The notes under the pieces: generated by a model
The model's input: the letters and a program-made list of their open reading frames with translations, nothing else
Told to the model about the DNA's origin: nothing
The model's database searches: none
Made by a program: the position numbers and the translations under genes
Shown: piece by piece, positions 1-15,000 of the stretch
Numbering within the stretch: the stretch's first letter is position 1
How the letters are laid out: every line of letters begins with the position of its first letter
Source of the DNA: Eledone cirrhosa
Lineage: Eukaryota
Length of the DNA: 64,000 bases
NCBI GenBank assembly: GCA_964016885.1
Contig: OZ024760.1
Span: forward strand, 29,884,001 to 29,948,000
Direction of reading: 5' to 3'

Positions 1-3000
1 ACGTAATGTAATATAATATAATGCGTAATGTAATGTAATGTAATGTGTAATGTAATATAATGTAATGTAATGTAATGTAACGTAATTTAATGTAATGTAA
101 TGTAATGTAATGTAATTTGTAATGTAATGTAATGTAATGTGTAAAGTAATGTAATGGAAAGTGTAATGTAATGTAATGTAATGTAATGTCATGTAATGTG
201 TAATGTAGTGTAATGTAATGTAATGTAATGTAATGTAATGTGTAATGTAATGTAATGTAACGTAATGTAATGTGTAATGTAATGTAATGTGTAATGTAAT
301 GTAATGTAATGTGTAATGTAATGTAATGTAATGTAATGTGTAATGTAATGTAATGTGTAATGTAATGTAATGTAATATAATGTAATGTAATGTAATGTAA
401 CGTGTAATATAATGTAATGTAATGTAATGTAATGTAATGTAATGTAATGTAATGTAATGTGTAATGTGTAATGTAATGTAATGTGTAATGTAATGTAATG
501 TAATGTGTAATGTAATGTAGTGTGTAATGTAATGTAATGTAATGTAATGGAATGTAATGTAATGTGTAATGTAATGTAATGTAATGTAGTGTGTAATGTA
601 ATGTAATGTAATGTAATGTGTAATGTAATGTAATGTAATGTAATGTAATGTAATGTAATGTGTAATGTAATGTAATGTGTAATGTAATGTAATGTAATGT
701 AATGTAATGTGTAATGTAATGTAATGTAATGTAATGTAATATATGTAATGTAATGTAATGCAATGTAATGTAATGTGTAATGTAATGTAATGTAATGTGT
801 AATGTAATGTAATGTAATGTAATGTAATGTAATGTGTAATGTAATGTAATCTAATGTGTAATGTAAAGTAATGTAATGTAATGTAATGTAATGTAATGTA
901 ATGTAATGTGTAATGTAATGTAATCTAATGTATTGTGTAATGTAATGTAATGTTATGTAATGCGTAATGTAATGTAATGTAATGTGTAATGTAATGTAAT
1001 GTAATGTAATGTAATGTAATGTAATGTAATGTGTAATGTAATGTAATGTAATGTAATGTAATGTAATTTAATGTGTAATGTAATGTAATGTGTAATATAA
1101 TGTAATGTAATGTAATGTAATGTGTAATGTAATGTAATGTAATGTAATGTAACGTGTAATGTAACGTAATGTAATGTGTAATGTAATGTAATGTAATGTA
1201 ATATGTAATGTAATGTAATGTAATGTAATGTAATGTAATGTAATGTGTAATGTAATGTAATGTAATGTAATGTAATGTGTAATGTAATGTGAAAGGTAAT
1301 GTAATGTAATGTAATGTGTAATGTAATGTGAAAGGTAATGTAATGTAATGTAATGTGTAATGTAATGTAATGTAATGTAATGTAATGTAATGTAATGTGT
1401 AATGTAATGTAATGTAATGTAATGTGTAATGTAATGTAATGTAATGTGTAATGTAATGTAATGTGTAATGTAATGTAATGTAATGTAATGTAATGTGCAA
1501 TGTAATGTAATGTAATATAATGTGTAATGTAATGTAATGTAACGTGTAATGTAATGTAATGTGTAATGTAATGTAATGTAATGTAATGTAATGTGTAATG
1601 TAATGTAATGTAATGTAATATAATGTAATGTAATGTAATGTAATGTAATGTGTAATGTAATGTAATGTAATGTAATATAATGTAATGTAATGTAATGTAA
1701 TGTAATATAATGTAATGTAATGTAATGTGTAATGTAATGTAATGTAATGTAGTGTGTAATGTAATGTAATGTAATGTAATGTAATGTGTAATGTAATGTA
1801 ATGTAATGTAATGTGTAATGTAATGTAATGTAATGTGTAATGTAATGTAATGTAATGTGTAATGTAATGTAATGTAATGTAATGTGTAATGTAATGTAAT
1901 GTGTAATGTAATGTAATGTAATGTAATATATGTAATGTAATGTAATGCAACGTAATGTAATGTGTAATGTAATGTAATGTAATGTGTAATGTAATGTAAT
2001 GTAATGTAATGTAATCTGTAATGTAATGTAATCTAATGTGTAATGTAAAGTAATGTAATGTAATGTAATGTAATGTGTAATGTAATGTAATCTAATGTAG
2101 TGTGTAATGTAATGTAATGTTATGTAATGTGTAATGTAATGTAATGTGTAATATAATGTAATGTAATGTAATATGTAATGTAATGTAATGTAATGTAATG
2201 TAATGTAATGTGTAATGTAATGTGTAACGTAATGTAATGTAATGTAATGTAATGTAATGTAATGTAATGTAATGTAATGTAATGTAATGTGTAATGTAAT
2301 GTAATGTAATGTAATGTAATGTAATGTAATGTAATGTAATGTAATGTAATGTGTAATGTAATGTAATGTGTAATGTAATGTAATGTAATGTAATGTAATG
2401 TAATGTGTAATGTAATGTAATTTAACGTGTAATGTAATGTAATGTAATGTAATGTGTAATGTAATGTAATGTAATGTAATGTGTAATGTAATGTAATGTA
2501 ATGTAATATAATGTAATGTAATGTAATGTGTAATGTAATGTAATGTAATGTAATGTGTAATGTAATGTAATGTAATGTAATGTAATGTAATGTAATGTAC
2601 TGTAATGTGTAATGTAATGTAATGTAATGTGTAATGTAATGTAATGTAATATAATGTAATATAATGTGTAATGTAATGTAATGTAATGTAATGTGTAATG
2701 TAATGTAATGTAATGTAGTGTGTAATGTAATGTAATGTAATATAATGTAATGTAACGTAATGTGATGTAATGTAATGTAATGTAATGTAATGTAATATAA
2801 TATAATGCGTAATGTAATATAATATAATGCGTAATGTAATGTAATGTAATGTGTAATGTAATGTAATGTAATGTAATGTAACGTAATTTAATGTAATGTA
2901 ATGTAATGTAATGTAATTTGTAATGTAATGTAATGTAATGTGTAAAGTAATGTAATGGAAAGTGTAACGTAATGTAATGTAATGTAATGTCATGTAATGT

Positions 3001-6000
3001 GTAATGTAGTGTAATGTAATGTAATGTAATGTAATGTAATGTGTAATGTATTGTAAAGTAACGTAATGTAATGTGTAATGTAATGTAATGTGTAATGTAA
3101 TGTAATGTAATGTGTAATGTAATGTAATGTAATGTAATGTGTAATGTGTAATGTGTAATGTAATGTAATGTAATATAATGTAATGTAATGTAATGTAACG
3201 TGTAATATAATGTAATGTAATGTAATGTAATGTAATGTAATGTAATGTAATGTAATGTAATGTAATGTAATGTGTAATGTGTAATGTAATGTAATGTAAT
3301 GTGTAATGTAATGTAATGTAATGTGTAATGTGTAATGTAATGTAATGTAATGTGTAATGTAATGTAGTGTGTAATGTAATGTAATGTAATGTAATGTCAT
3401 GTAATGTGTAATGTAATGTAATGTAATGTGTAATGTAATGTAATGTAATTTGTAATGTACTGTAATCTAATGTAATGTAATGTAATGTAATGTAATGTGT
3501 AATGTAATGTAATGTAATGTAATGGAATGTGTAATGTAATGTAATGTAATGTAATGTGTAATGTAATGTAATGTGTAATGTAATGTAATGTAATGTGTAA
3601 TATAATGTAATGTAATGTAATATGTAATGTAATGTAATGTAATGTAATGTAATGTGTAATGTAATGTAATGTAATGTAATGTAATGTAATGTAATGTAAT
3701 GTGTAATGTAATGTAACGTAATGTAATGTAATGTGTAATGTAATGTAATGTAATGTAATGTAATGTGTAATGTAATGTAATGTGTAATGTGTAATGTAAT
3801 GTAATGTAATATAATGTAATGTAATGTAATGAAATGTAATGTGTAATGAAATGTAATGTAATGTAATGTAATGTAATGTAATGTGTAATGTAATGTAATG
3901 TAATGTAGTGTGTAATGTAATGTAATGTAATGTAATGTGTAATGTAATGTAATGTAATGTAATGTCTAATGTAATGTAATGTAATGTAATGTGTAATGTA
4001 ATGTAATGTAATGTAATGTGTAATGTCATGTAATTTAATGTAATGTAATGTAATGTGTAATGTAATGTAATGTAATGTGTAATGTAATGTAATGTAATTT
4101 GTAATGTACTGTAATCTAATGTAATGTAATGTAATGTAATGTAATGTGTAATGTAATGTAATGTAATGGAATGGAATGTGTAATGTAATGTAATGTAATG
4201 TAATGTGTAATGTAATGTAATGTAATGTAATGTAATGTAATGTAATGTAATGTAATGTAATGTAATGTGTAATGTAATGTAATGTAATGTAATGTAATGT
4301 AATGTGTAATGTAATTTAATGTAATGTAATGTAATGTAATGTAATGTAATGTAATGTGTAATGTAATGTAATGTAATGTAATGTAATGTAATGTGTAATG
4401 TAATGTAATGTAATGTAATGTAATGTAATGTAATGTGTAATGTAACGTAATATAATGTAATGTAATGTAATGTAATGTAATGTAATGTAATATAATGTGT
4501 AATGTAATTTAATGTAATGTAATGTAATGTAATGTAATGTAATGTAATGTGTAATGTAATGTGTAATGTAATGTAATGTAATGTAATATATGTAATGTAA
4601 TGTAATGTAATGCAACGTAATGTAATGTGTAATGTAATGTAATGTAATGTGTAATGTAATGTAATGTAATGTAATGTAATCTGTAATGTAATGTAATCTA
4701 ATGTGTAATGTAAAGTAATGTAATGTAATGTAATGTAATGTAATGTGTAATGTAATGTAATCTAATGTAGTGTGTAATGTAATGTAATGTTATGTAATGT
4801 GTAATGTAATGTAATGTAATGTAATGTAATGTGTAATGTAATGTAATGTAATGTAATGTAATGTAATGTAATGTAATGTAATGTAATGTAATGTGTAATG
4901 TAATGTAATGTAATGTAATGTGTAATGTAGTGTAATGTAATGTAATGTAATGTAATGTAATTTAATGTGTAATGTAATGTAATGTGTAATATAATGTAAT
5001 GTAATGTAACGTAATATAATGTGTAATGTAACGTAATGTAATGTAATGTAATGTAATGTAACGTGTAATGTAACGTGTAATGTAATGTAAGATAATGTGT
5101 AATGTAATGTAATGTGTAATGTAATGTAATGTAATGTAATATGTAATGTAATGTAATGTAATGTAATGTAATGTAATGTGTAATGTAATGTAATGTAATG
5201 TAATGTAATGTAATGTAATGTAATGTGTAACGTAATGTAATGTAATGTAATGTAATGTAATGTAATGTGTAATGTAATGTAATGTAATGTAATGTAATGT
5301 AATGTAATGTAATGTAATGTAATGTAATGTGTAATGTAATGTAATGTGTAATGTAATGTAATGTAATGTAATGTAATGTAATGTGTAATGTAATGTAATG
5401 TAACGTGTAATGTAATGTAATGTAATGTAATGTGTAATGTAATGTAATGTAATCTAATGTAATGTAATGTGTAATGTAATGTAATGTAATGTAATATAAT
5501 GTAATGTAATGTAATGTGTAATGTAATGTAATGTAATGTAGTGTGTAACGTAATGTAATGTAATGTACTGTAATGTGTAATGTAATGTAATGTAATGTGT
5601 AATGTAATGTAATGTAATATAATGTAATGTAATGTGTAATGTAATGTAATGTAATGTAATGTGTAATGTAGTGTAATGTAATGTGTAATGTAATGTAATG
5701 TAATATAATGTAATGTAACGTAATGTAATGTAATGTAATGTAATGTAATGTAATGTAATATAATATAATACGTAATGTAATATAATATAATGCGTAATGT
5801 AATGTAATGTAATGTGTAATGTAATGTAATGTAATGTAATGTAACGTAAATTAATGTAATGTAATGTAAATTAATGTAATTTGTAATGTAATGTAATGTA
5901 ATGTGTAAAGTAATGTAATGGAAAGTGTAACGTAATGTAATGTAATGTAATGTCATGTAATGTGTAATGTAGTGTAATGTAATGTAATGTAATGTAATGT

Positions 6001-9000
6001 AATGTGTAATGTATTGTAATGTAACGTAATGTAATGTGTAATGTAATGTAATGTGTAATGTAATGTAATGTAATGTGTAATGTAATGTAATGTAATATAA
6101 TGTAATGTAATGTAATGTAACGTGTAATATAATGTAATGTAATGTAATGTAATGTAATGTAATGTAATGTAATGTAATGTAATGTGTAATGTGTAATGTA
6201 ATGTAATGTAATGTGTAATGTAATGTAATGTAATGTGTAATGTAATGTAGTGTGTAATGTAATGTAATGTAATGTAATGTCATGTAATGTGTAATGTAAT
6301 GTAATGTAATGTAGTGTGTAATGTAATGTAATGTAATGTAATGTGTAATGTAATGTAATGTAATGTAATGTGTAATGTAATGTAACGTAATGTAATGTAA
6401 TGTGTAATGTAATGTAATGTAATGTAATGTAATGTAATGTGTAATGTAATGTAATGTGTAATGTGTAATGTAATGTAATGTAATATAATGTAATGTAATG
6501 TAATGAAATGTAATGTGTAATGAAATGTAATGTAATGTAATGTAATGTAATGTAATGTGTAATGTAATGTAATGTAATGTAGTGTGTAATGTAATGTAAT
6601 GTAATGTAATGTGTAATGTAATGTAATGTAATGTAATGTGTAATGTAATGTAATGTAATGTAATGTAATGTGTAATGTAATGTAATGTAATGTAATGTGT
6701 AATGTCATGTAATTTAATGTAATGTAATGTAATGTGTAATGTAATGTAATGTAATGTGTAATGTAATGTAATGTAATTTGTAATGTACTGTAATCTAATG
6801 TAATGTAATGTAATGTAATGTAATGTGTAATGTAATGTAATGTAATGTAATGGAATGTGTAATGTAATGTAATGTAATGTAATGTGTAATGTAATGTAAT
6901 GTAATGTAATGTAATGTAATGTAATGTAATGTGTAATGTAATGTAATGTAATGTAATGTAATGTGTAATGTAATTTAATGTAATGTAATGTAATGTAATG
7001 TAATGTAATGTAATGTAATGTAATGTAATGTGTAATGTAATGTAATGTAATGTAATGTAATGTGTAATGTAATGTAATGTAATGTAATGTAATGTAATGT
7101 AATGTAATGTGTAATGTAACGTAATATAATGTAATGTAATGTAATGTAATGTAATGTAATGTAATGTAATGTGTAATGTAATTTAATGTAATGTAATGTA
7201 ATATAATGTAATGTAATGTGTAATGTAATGTGTAATGTAATGTAATGTAATGTAATATATGTAATGTAATGTAATGCAACGTAATGTAATGTGTAATGTA
7301 ATGTAATGTAATGTGTAATGTAATGTAATGTAATGTAATGTAATCCGTAATGTAATGTAATCTAATGTGTAATGTAAAGTAATGTAATGTAATGTAATGT
7401 AATGTAATGTGTAATGTAATGTAATCTAATGTAGTGTGTAATGTAATGTAATGTTTTGTAATGTGTAATGTAATGTAATGTAATGTTTAATGTAATGTAA
7501 TGTAATGTAATGTGTAATGTAATGTAATGTAATCTAATGTAATGTGTAATGTAATGTAATGTAATGTAATTTAATGTGTAATGTAATGTAATGTGTAATA
7601 TAATGTAATGTAATGTAACGTAATATAATGTGTAATGTAACGTAATGTAATGTAATGTAATGTAATGTAACGTGTAATGTAATGTAAGATAATGTGTAAT
7701 GTAATGTAATGTGTAATGTAATGTAATGTAATGTAATATGTAATGTAATGTAATGTAATGTAATGTAATGTAATGTGTAATGTAATGTAATGTAATGTAA
7801 TGTAATGTAATGTAATGTAATGTGTAATGTAATGTGTAACGTAATGTAATGTAATGTAATGTAATGTAATGTAATGTAATGTGTAATGTAATGTAATGTA
7901 ATGTAATGTAATGTAATGTAATGTAATGTAATGTGTAATGTAATGTAATGTGTAATGTAATGTAATGTAATGTAATGTAATGTAATGTGTAATGTAATGT
8001 AATGTAACGTGTAATGTAATGTAATTTAATGTAATGTGTAATGTAATGTAATGTAATCTAATGTAATGTAATGTGTAATGTAATGTAATGTAATATAATG
8101 TAATGTAATGTAATGTGTAATGTAATGTAATGTAATGTAGTGTGTAATGTAATGTAATGTAATGTAATGTAATGTACTGTAATGTGTAATGTAATGTAAT
8201 GTAATGTGTAATGTAATGTAATGTAATATAATGTAATGTAATGTGTAATGTAATGTAATGTAATGTAATGTGTAATGTAATGTAATGTAATGTGTAATGT
8301 AATGTAATGTAATATAATGTAATGTAACGTAATGTAATGTAATGTACTGTAATGTAATGTAATATAATATAATACGTAATGTAATATAATATAATGCGTA
8401 ATGTAATGTAATGTAATGTGTAATGTAATATAATGTAATGTAATGTAATGTAACGTAATTTAATGTAATGTAATGTAATGTAATGTAATTTGTAATGTAA
8501 TGTAATGTAATGTAATGTGTAAAGTAATGTAATGGAAAGTGTAATGTAATGTAATGTAATGTAATGTCATGTAATGTGTAATGTAGTGTAATGTAATGTA
8601 ATGTAATGTAATGTAATGTAATGTGTAATGTAATGTAATGTAACGTAATGTAATGTGTAATGTAATGTAATGTGTAATGTAATGTAATGTGTAATGTAAT
8701 GTAATGTAATGTGTAATGTAATGTAATGTAATGTAATGTGTAATGTAATGTAATGTGTAATGTAATGTAATGTAATATAATGTAATGTAATGTAATGTAA
8801 CGTGTAATATAATGTAATGTAATGTAATGTAATGTAATGTAATGTAATGTAATGTGTAATGTGTAATGTAATGTAATGTGTAATGTAATGTAATGTAATG
8901 TGTAATGTAATGTAGTGTGTAATGTAATGTAATGTAATGTAATGTAATGGAATGTAATGTAATGTGTAATGTAATGTAATGTAATGTAGTGTGTAATGTA

Positions 9001-12000
9001 ATGTAATGTAATGTAATGTGTAATGTAATGTAATGTAATGTAATGTAATGTGTAATGTAATGTAATGTGTAATGTAATGTAATGTAATGTAATGTAATGT
9101 GTAATGTAATGTAATGTAATGTAATGTAATATATGTAATGTAATGTAATGCAATGTAATGTAATGTGTAATGTAATGTAATGTAATGTGTAATGTAATGT
9201 AATGTAATGTAATGTAATGTAATGTGTAATGTAATGTAATCTAATGTGTAATGTAAAGTAATGTAATGTAATGTAATGTAATGTAATGTAATGTAATGTG
9301 TAATGTAATGTAATCTAATGTATTGTGTAATGTAATGTAATGTTATGTAATGCGTAATGTAATGTAATGTAATGTGTAATGTAATGTAATGTAATGTAAT
9401 GTAATGTAATGTAATGTAATGTGTAATGTAATGTAATGTAACGTGTAATGTAATGTAATTTAATGTAATGTGTAATGTAATGTAATGTAATCTAATGTAA
9501 TGTAATGTGTAATGTAATGTAATGTAATGTAATATAATGTAATGTAATGTAATGTGTAATGTAATGTAATGTAATGTAGTGTGTAATGTAATGTAATGTA
9601 ATGTAATGTAATGTACTGTAATGTGTAATGTAATGTAATGTAATGTGTAATGTAATGTAATGTAATATAATGTAATGTAATGTGTAATGTAATGTAATGT
9701 AATGTAATGTGTAATGTAATGTAATGTAATGTGTAATGTAATGTAATGTAATATAATGTAATGTAACGTAATGTAATGTAATGTAATGTACTGTAATGTA
9801 ATGTAATATAATATAATACGTAATGTAATATAATATAATGCGTAATGTAATGTAATGTAATGTGTAATGTAATATAATGTAATGTAATGTAATGTAACGT
9901 AATTTAATGTAATGTAATGTAATGTAATGTAATTTGTAATGTAATGTAATGTAATGTAATGTGTAAAGTAATGTAATGGAAAGTGTAATGTAATGTAATG
10001 TAATGTAATGTCATGTAATGTGTAATGTAGTGTAATGTAATGTAATGTAATGTAATGTAATGTAATGTGTAATGTAATGTAATGTAACGTAATGTAATGT
10101 GTAATGTAATGTAATGTGTAATGTAATGTAATGTGTAATGTAATGTAATGTAATGTGTAATGTAATGTAATGTAATGTAATGTGTAATGTAATGTAATGT
10201 GTAATGTAATGTAATGTAATATAATGTAATGTAATGTAATGTAACGTGTAATATAATGTAATGTAATGTAATGTAATGTAATGTAATGTAATGTGTAATG
10301 TGTAATGTAATGTAATGTGTAATGTAATGTAATGTAATGTGTAATGTAATGTAGTGTGTAATGTAATGTAATGTAATGTAATGTAATGGAATGTAATGTA
10401 ATGTGTAATGTAATGTAATGTAATGTAGTGTGTAATGTAATGTAATGTAATGTAATGTGTAATGTAATGTAATGTAATGTAATGTAATGTGTAATGTAAT
10501 GTAATGTGTAATGTAATGTAATGTAATGTAATGTAATGTGTAATGTAATGTAATGTAATGTAATGTAATATATGTAATGTAATGTAATGCAATGTAATGT
10601 AATGTGTAATGTAATGTAATGTAATGTGTAATGTAATGTAATGTAATGTAATGTAATGTAATGTGTAATGTAATGTAATCTAATGTGTAATGTAAAGTAA
10701 TGTAATGTAATGTAATGTAATGTAATGTAATGTAATGTGTAATGTAATGTAATCTAATGTATTGTGTAATGTAATGTAATGTTATGTAATGCGTAATGTA
10801 ATGTAATGTAATGTGTAATGTAATGTAATGTAATGTAATGTAATGTAATGTAATGTGTAATGTAATGTAATGTAATGTAATGTAATGTAATTTAATGTGT
10901 AATGTAATGTAATGTGTAATATAATGTAATGTAATGTAATGTGTAATGTAATGTAATGTAATGTAATGTAACGTGTAATGTAATGTAATGTAATGTGTAA
11001 TGTAATGTAATGTAATGTAATATGTAATGTAATGTAATGTAATGTAATGTAATGTAATGTAATGTGTAATGTAATGTAATGTAATGTAATGTAATGTGTA
11101 ATGTAATGTGAAAGGTAATGTAATGTAATGTAATGTGTAATGTAATGTAATGTAATGTAATGTAATGTAATGTAATGTGTAATGTAATGTAATGTAATGT
11201 AATGTGTAATGTAATGTAATGTAATGTAATGTAATGTGTAATGTAATGTAATGTGTAATGTAATGTAATGTAATGTAATGTGTAATGTAATGTAATGTAA
11301 TATAATGTGTAATGTAATGTAATGTAACGTGTAATGTAATGTAATGTGTAATGTAATGTAATGTAATGTAATGTAATGTGTAATGTAATGTAATGTAATG
11401 TAATATAATGTAATGTAATGTAATGTAATGTAATGTGTAATGTAATGTAATGTAATGTAATATAATGTAATGTAATGTAATGTAATGTAATATAATGTAA
11501 TGTAATGTAATGTGTAATGTAATGTAATGTAATGTAGTGTGTAATGTAATGTAATGTAATGTAATGTAATGTAATGTGTAATGTAATGTAATGTAATGTA
11601 ATGTGTAATGTAATGTAATGTAATGTGTAATGTAATGTAATGTAATGTGTAATGTAATGTAATGTAATGTAATGTGTAATGTAATGTAATGTGTAATGTA
11701 ATGTAATGTAATGTAATATATGTAATGTAATGTAATGCAACGTAATGTAATGTGTAATGTAATGTAATGTAATGTGTAATGTAATGTAATGTAATGTAAT
11801 GTAATGTAATCTGTAATGTAATGTAATCTAATGTGTAATGTAAAGTAATGTAATGTAATGTAATGTAATGTGTAATGTAATGTAATCTAATGTAGTGTGT
11901 AATGTAATGTAATGTTATGTAATGTGTAATGTAATGTAATGTGTAATATAATGTAATGTAATGTAATATGTAATGTAATGTAATGTAATGTAATGTAATG

Positions 12001-15000
12001 TAATGTGTAATGTAATGTAATGTAATGTAATGTAATGTAATGTAATGTAATGTGTAATGTAATGTGTAACGTAATGTAATGTAATGTAATGTAATGTAAT
12101 GTAATGTAATGTAATGTAATGTAATGTAATGTGTAATGTAATGTAATGTAATGTAATGTAATGTAATGTAATGTTATGTAATGTAATGTGTAATGTAATG
12201 TAATGTGTAATGTAATGTAATGTAATGTAATGTAATGTGTAATGTAATGTAATTTAACGTGTAATGTAATGTAATGTAATGTAATGTGTAATGTAATGTA
12301 ATGTAATGTAATGTGTAATGTAATGTAATGTAATGTAATATAATGTAATGTAATGTAATGTGTAATGTAATGTAATGTAATGTAGTGTGTAATGTAATGT
12401 AATGTAATGTAATGTAATGTAATGTACTGTAATGTGTAATGTAATGTAATGTAATGTGTAATGTAATGTAATGTAATATAATGTAATATAATGTGTAATG
12501 TAATGTAATGTAATGTAATGTGTAATGTAATGTAATGTAATGTAGTGTGTAATGTAATGTAATGTAATATAATGTAATGTAACGTAATGTAATGTAATGT
12601 AATGTAATGTAATGTAATATAATATAATGCGTAATGTAATATAATATAATGCGTAATGTAATGTAATGTAATGTGTAATGTAATGTAATGTAATGTAATG
12701 TAACGTAATTTAATGTAATGTAATGTAATGTAATGTAATTTGTAATGTAATGTAATGTAATGTGTAAAGTAATGTAATGGAAAGTGTAACGTAATGTAAT
12801 GTAATGTAATGTCATGTAATGTGTAATGTAGTGTAATGTAATGTGTAATGTAATGTAATGTAATGTGTAATGTAATGTAATGTAATGTGTAATGTGTAAT
12901 GTGTAATGTAAAGTAATGTAATATAATGTAATGTAATGTAATGTAACGTGTAATATAATGTAATGTAATGTAATGTAATGTAATGTAATGTAATGTAATG
13001 TAATGTAATGTAATGTGTAATGTGTAATGTAATGTAATGTAATGTGTAATGTAATGTAATGTAATGTGTAAGGTGTAATGTAATGTAATGTAATGTGTAA
13101 TGTAATGTAGTGTGTAATGTAATGTAATGTAATGTAATGTCATGTAATGTGTAATGTAATGTAATGTAATGTGTAATGTAATGTAATGTAATTTGTAATG
13201 TACTGTAATCTAATGTAATGTAATGTAATGTAATGTAATGTGTAATGTAATGTAATGTAATGTAATGGAATGTGTAATGTAATGTAATGTGTAATGTAAT
13301 GTAATGTGTAATGTAATGTAATGTAATGTGTAATATAATGTAATGTAATGTAATATGTAATTTAATGTAATGTAATGTAATGTAATGTGTAATGTAATGT
13401 AATGTAATGTAATGTAATGTGTAATGTAATGTGTAACGTAATGTAATGTAATGTAATGTAATGTAATGTAATGTAATGTAATGTAATGTAATGTAATGTG
13501 TAATGTAATGTAATGTAATGTAATGTAATGTAATGTAATGTAATGTAATGTGTAATGTAATGTAATGTGTAATGTAATGTAATGTAATGTAATGTAATGT
13601 GTAATGTAATGTAATTTAACGTGTAATGTAATGTAATGTAATGTAATGTGTAATGTAATGTAATGTAATGTAATGTGTAATGTAATGTAATGTAATGTAA
13701 TGTAATAAAATGTAATGTAATGTAATGTGTAATGTAATGTAATGTAATGTAGTGTGTAATGTAATGTAATGTATTGTAATGTAATGTAATGTACTGTAAT
13801 ATAATGTAATGTAACGTAATGTAATGTAATGTAATATAATATAATGCGTAATGTAATATAATATAATGCGTAATGTAATGTAATGTAATGTGTAATGTAA
13901 TGTAATGTAATGTAATGTAACGTAATTTAATGTAATGTAATGTAATGTAATGTAATTTGTAATGTAATGTAATGTAATGTGTAAAGTAATGTAATGGAAA
14001 GTGTAACGTAATGTAATGTAATGTAATGTCATGTAATGTGTAATGTAGTGTAATGTAATGTAATGTAATGTAATGTAATGTAATGTGTAATGTATTGTAA
14101 TGTAACGTAATGTAATGTGTAATGTAATGTAATGTGTAATGTAATGTAATGTAATGTGTAATGTAATGTAATGTAATGTAATCTGTAATGTGTAATGTAA
14201 TGTAATGTAATATAATGTAATGTAATGTAATGTAACGTGTAATATAATGTAATGTAATGTAATGTAATGTAATGTAATGTAATGTGTAATGTGTAATGTA
14301 ATGTAATGTAATGTGTAATGTAATGTAATGTAATGTGTAATGTAATGTAGTGTGTAATGTAATGTAATGTAATGTAATGTCATGTAATGTGTAATGTAAT
14401 GTAATGTAATGTAGTGTGTAATGTAATGTAATGTAATGTAATGTAATGTGTAATGTAATGTAATGTAATGTAATGTAATGTGTAATGTAATGTAACGTAA
14501 TGTAATGTAATGTGTAATGTAATGTAATGTAATGTAATGTAATGTAATGTGTAATGTAATGTAATGTGTAATGTGTAATGTAATGTAATGTAATATAATG
14601 TAATGTAATGTAATGAAATGTAATGTGTAATGAAATGTAATGTAATGTAATGTAATGTAATGTAATGTGTAATGTAATGTAATGTAATGTAGTGTGTAAT
14701 GTAATGTAATGTAATGTAATGTGTAATGTAATGTAATGTAATGTAATGTCTAATGTAATGTAATGTAATGTAATGTGTAATGTAATGTAATGTAATGTAA
14801 TGTGTAATGTCATGTAATTTAATGTAATGTAATGTAATGTGTAATGTAATGTAATGTAATGTGTAATGTAATGTAATGTAATTTGTAATGTACTGTAATC
14901 TAATGTAATGTAATGTAATGTAATGTAATGTGTAATGTAATGTAATGTAATGGAATGGAATGTGTAATGTAATGTAATGTAATGTAATGTGTAATGTAAT

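Noticed and set aside
952-962. GTTATGTAAT matching the PAR-bZIP/E4BP4 consensus, and dense TAAT homeodomain cores
   Set aside because: It is one substitution from the base repeat and expected by chance; nothing in the sequence supports a regulatory role.
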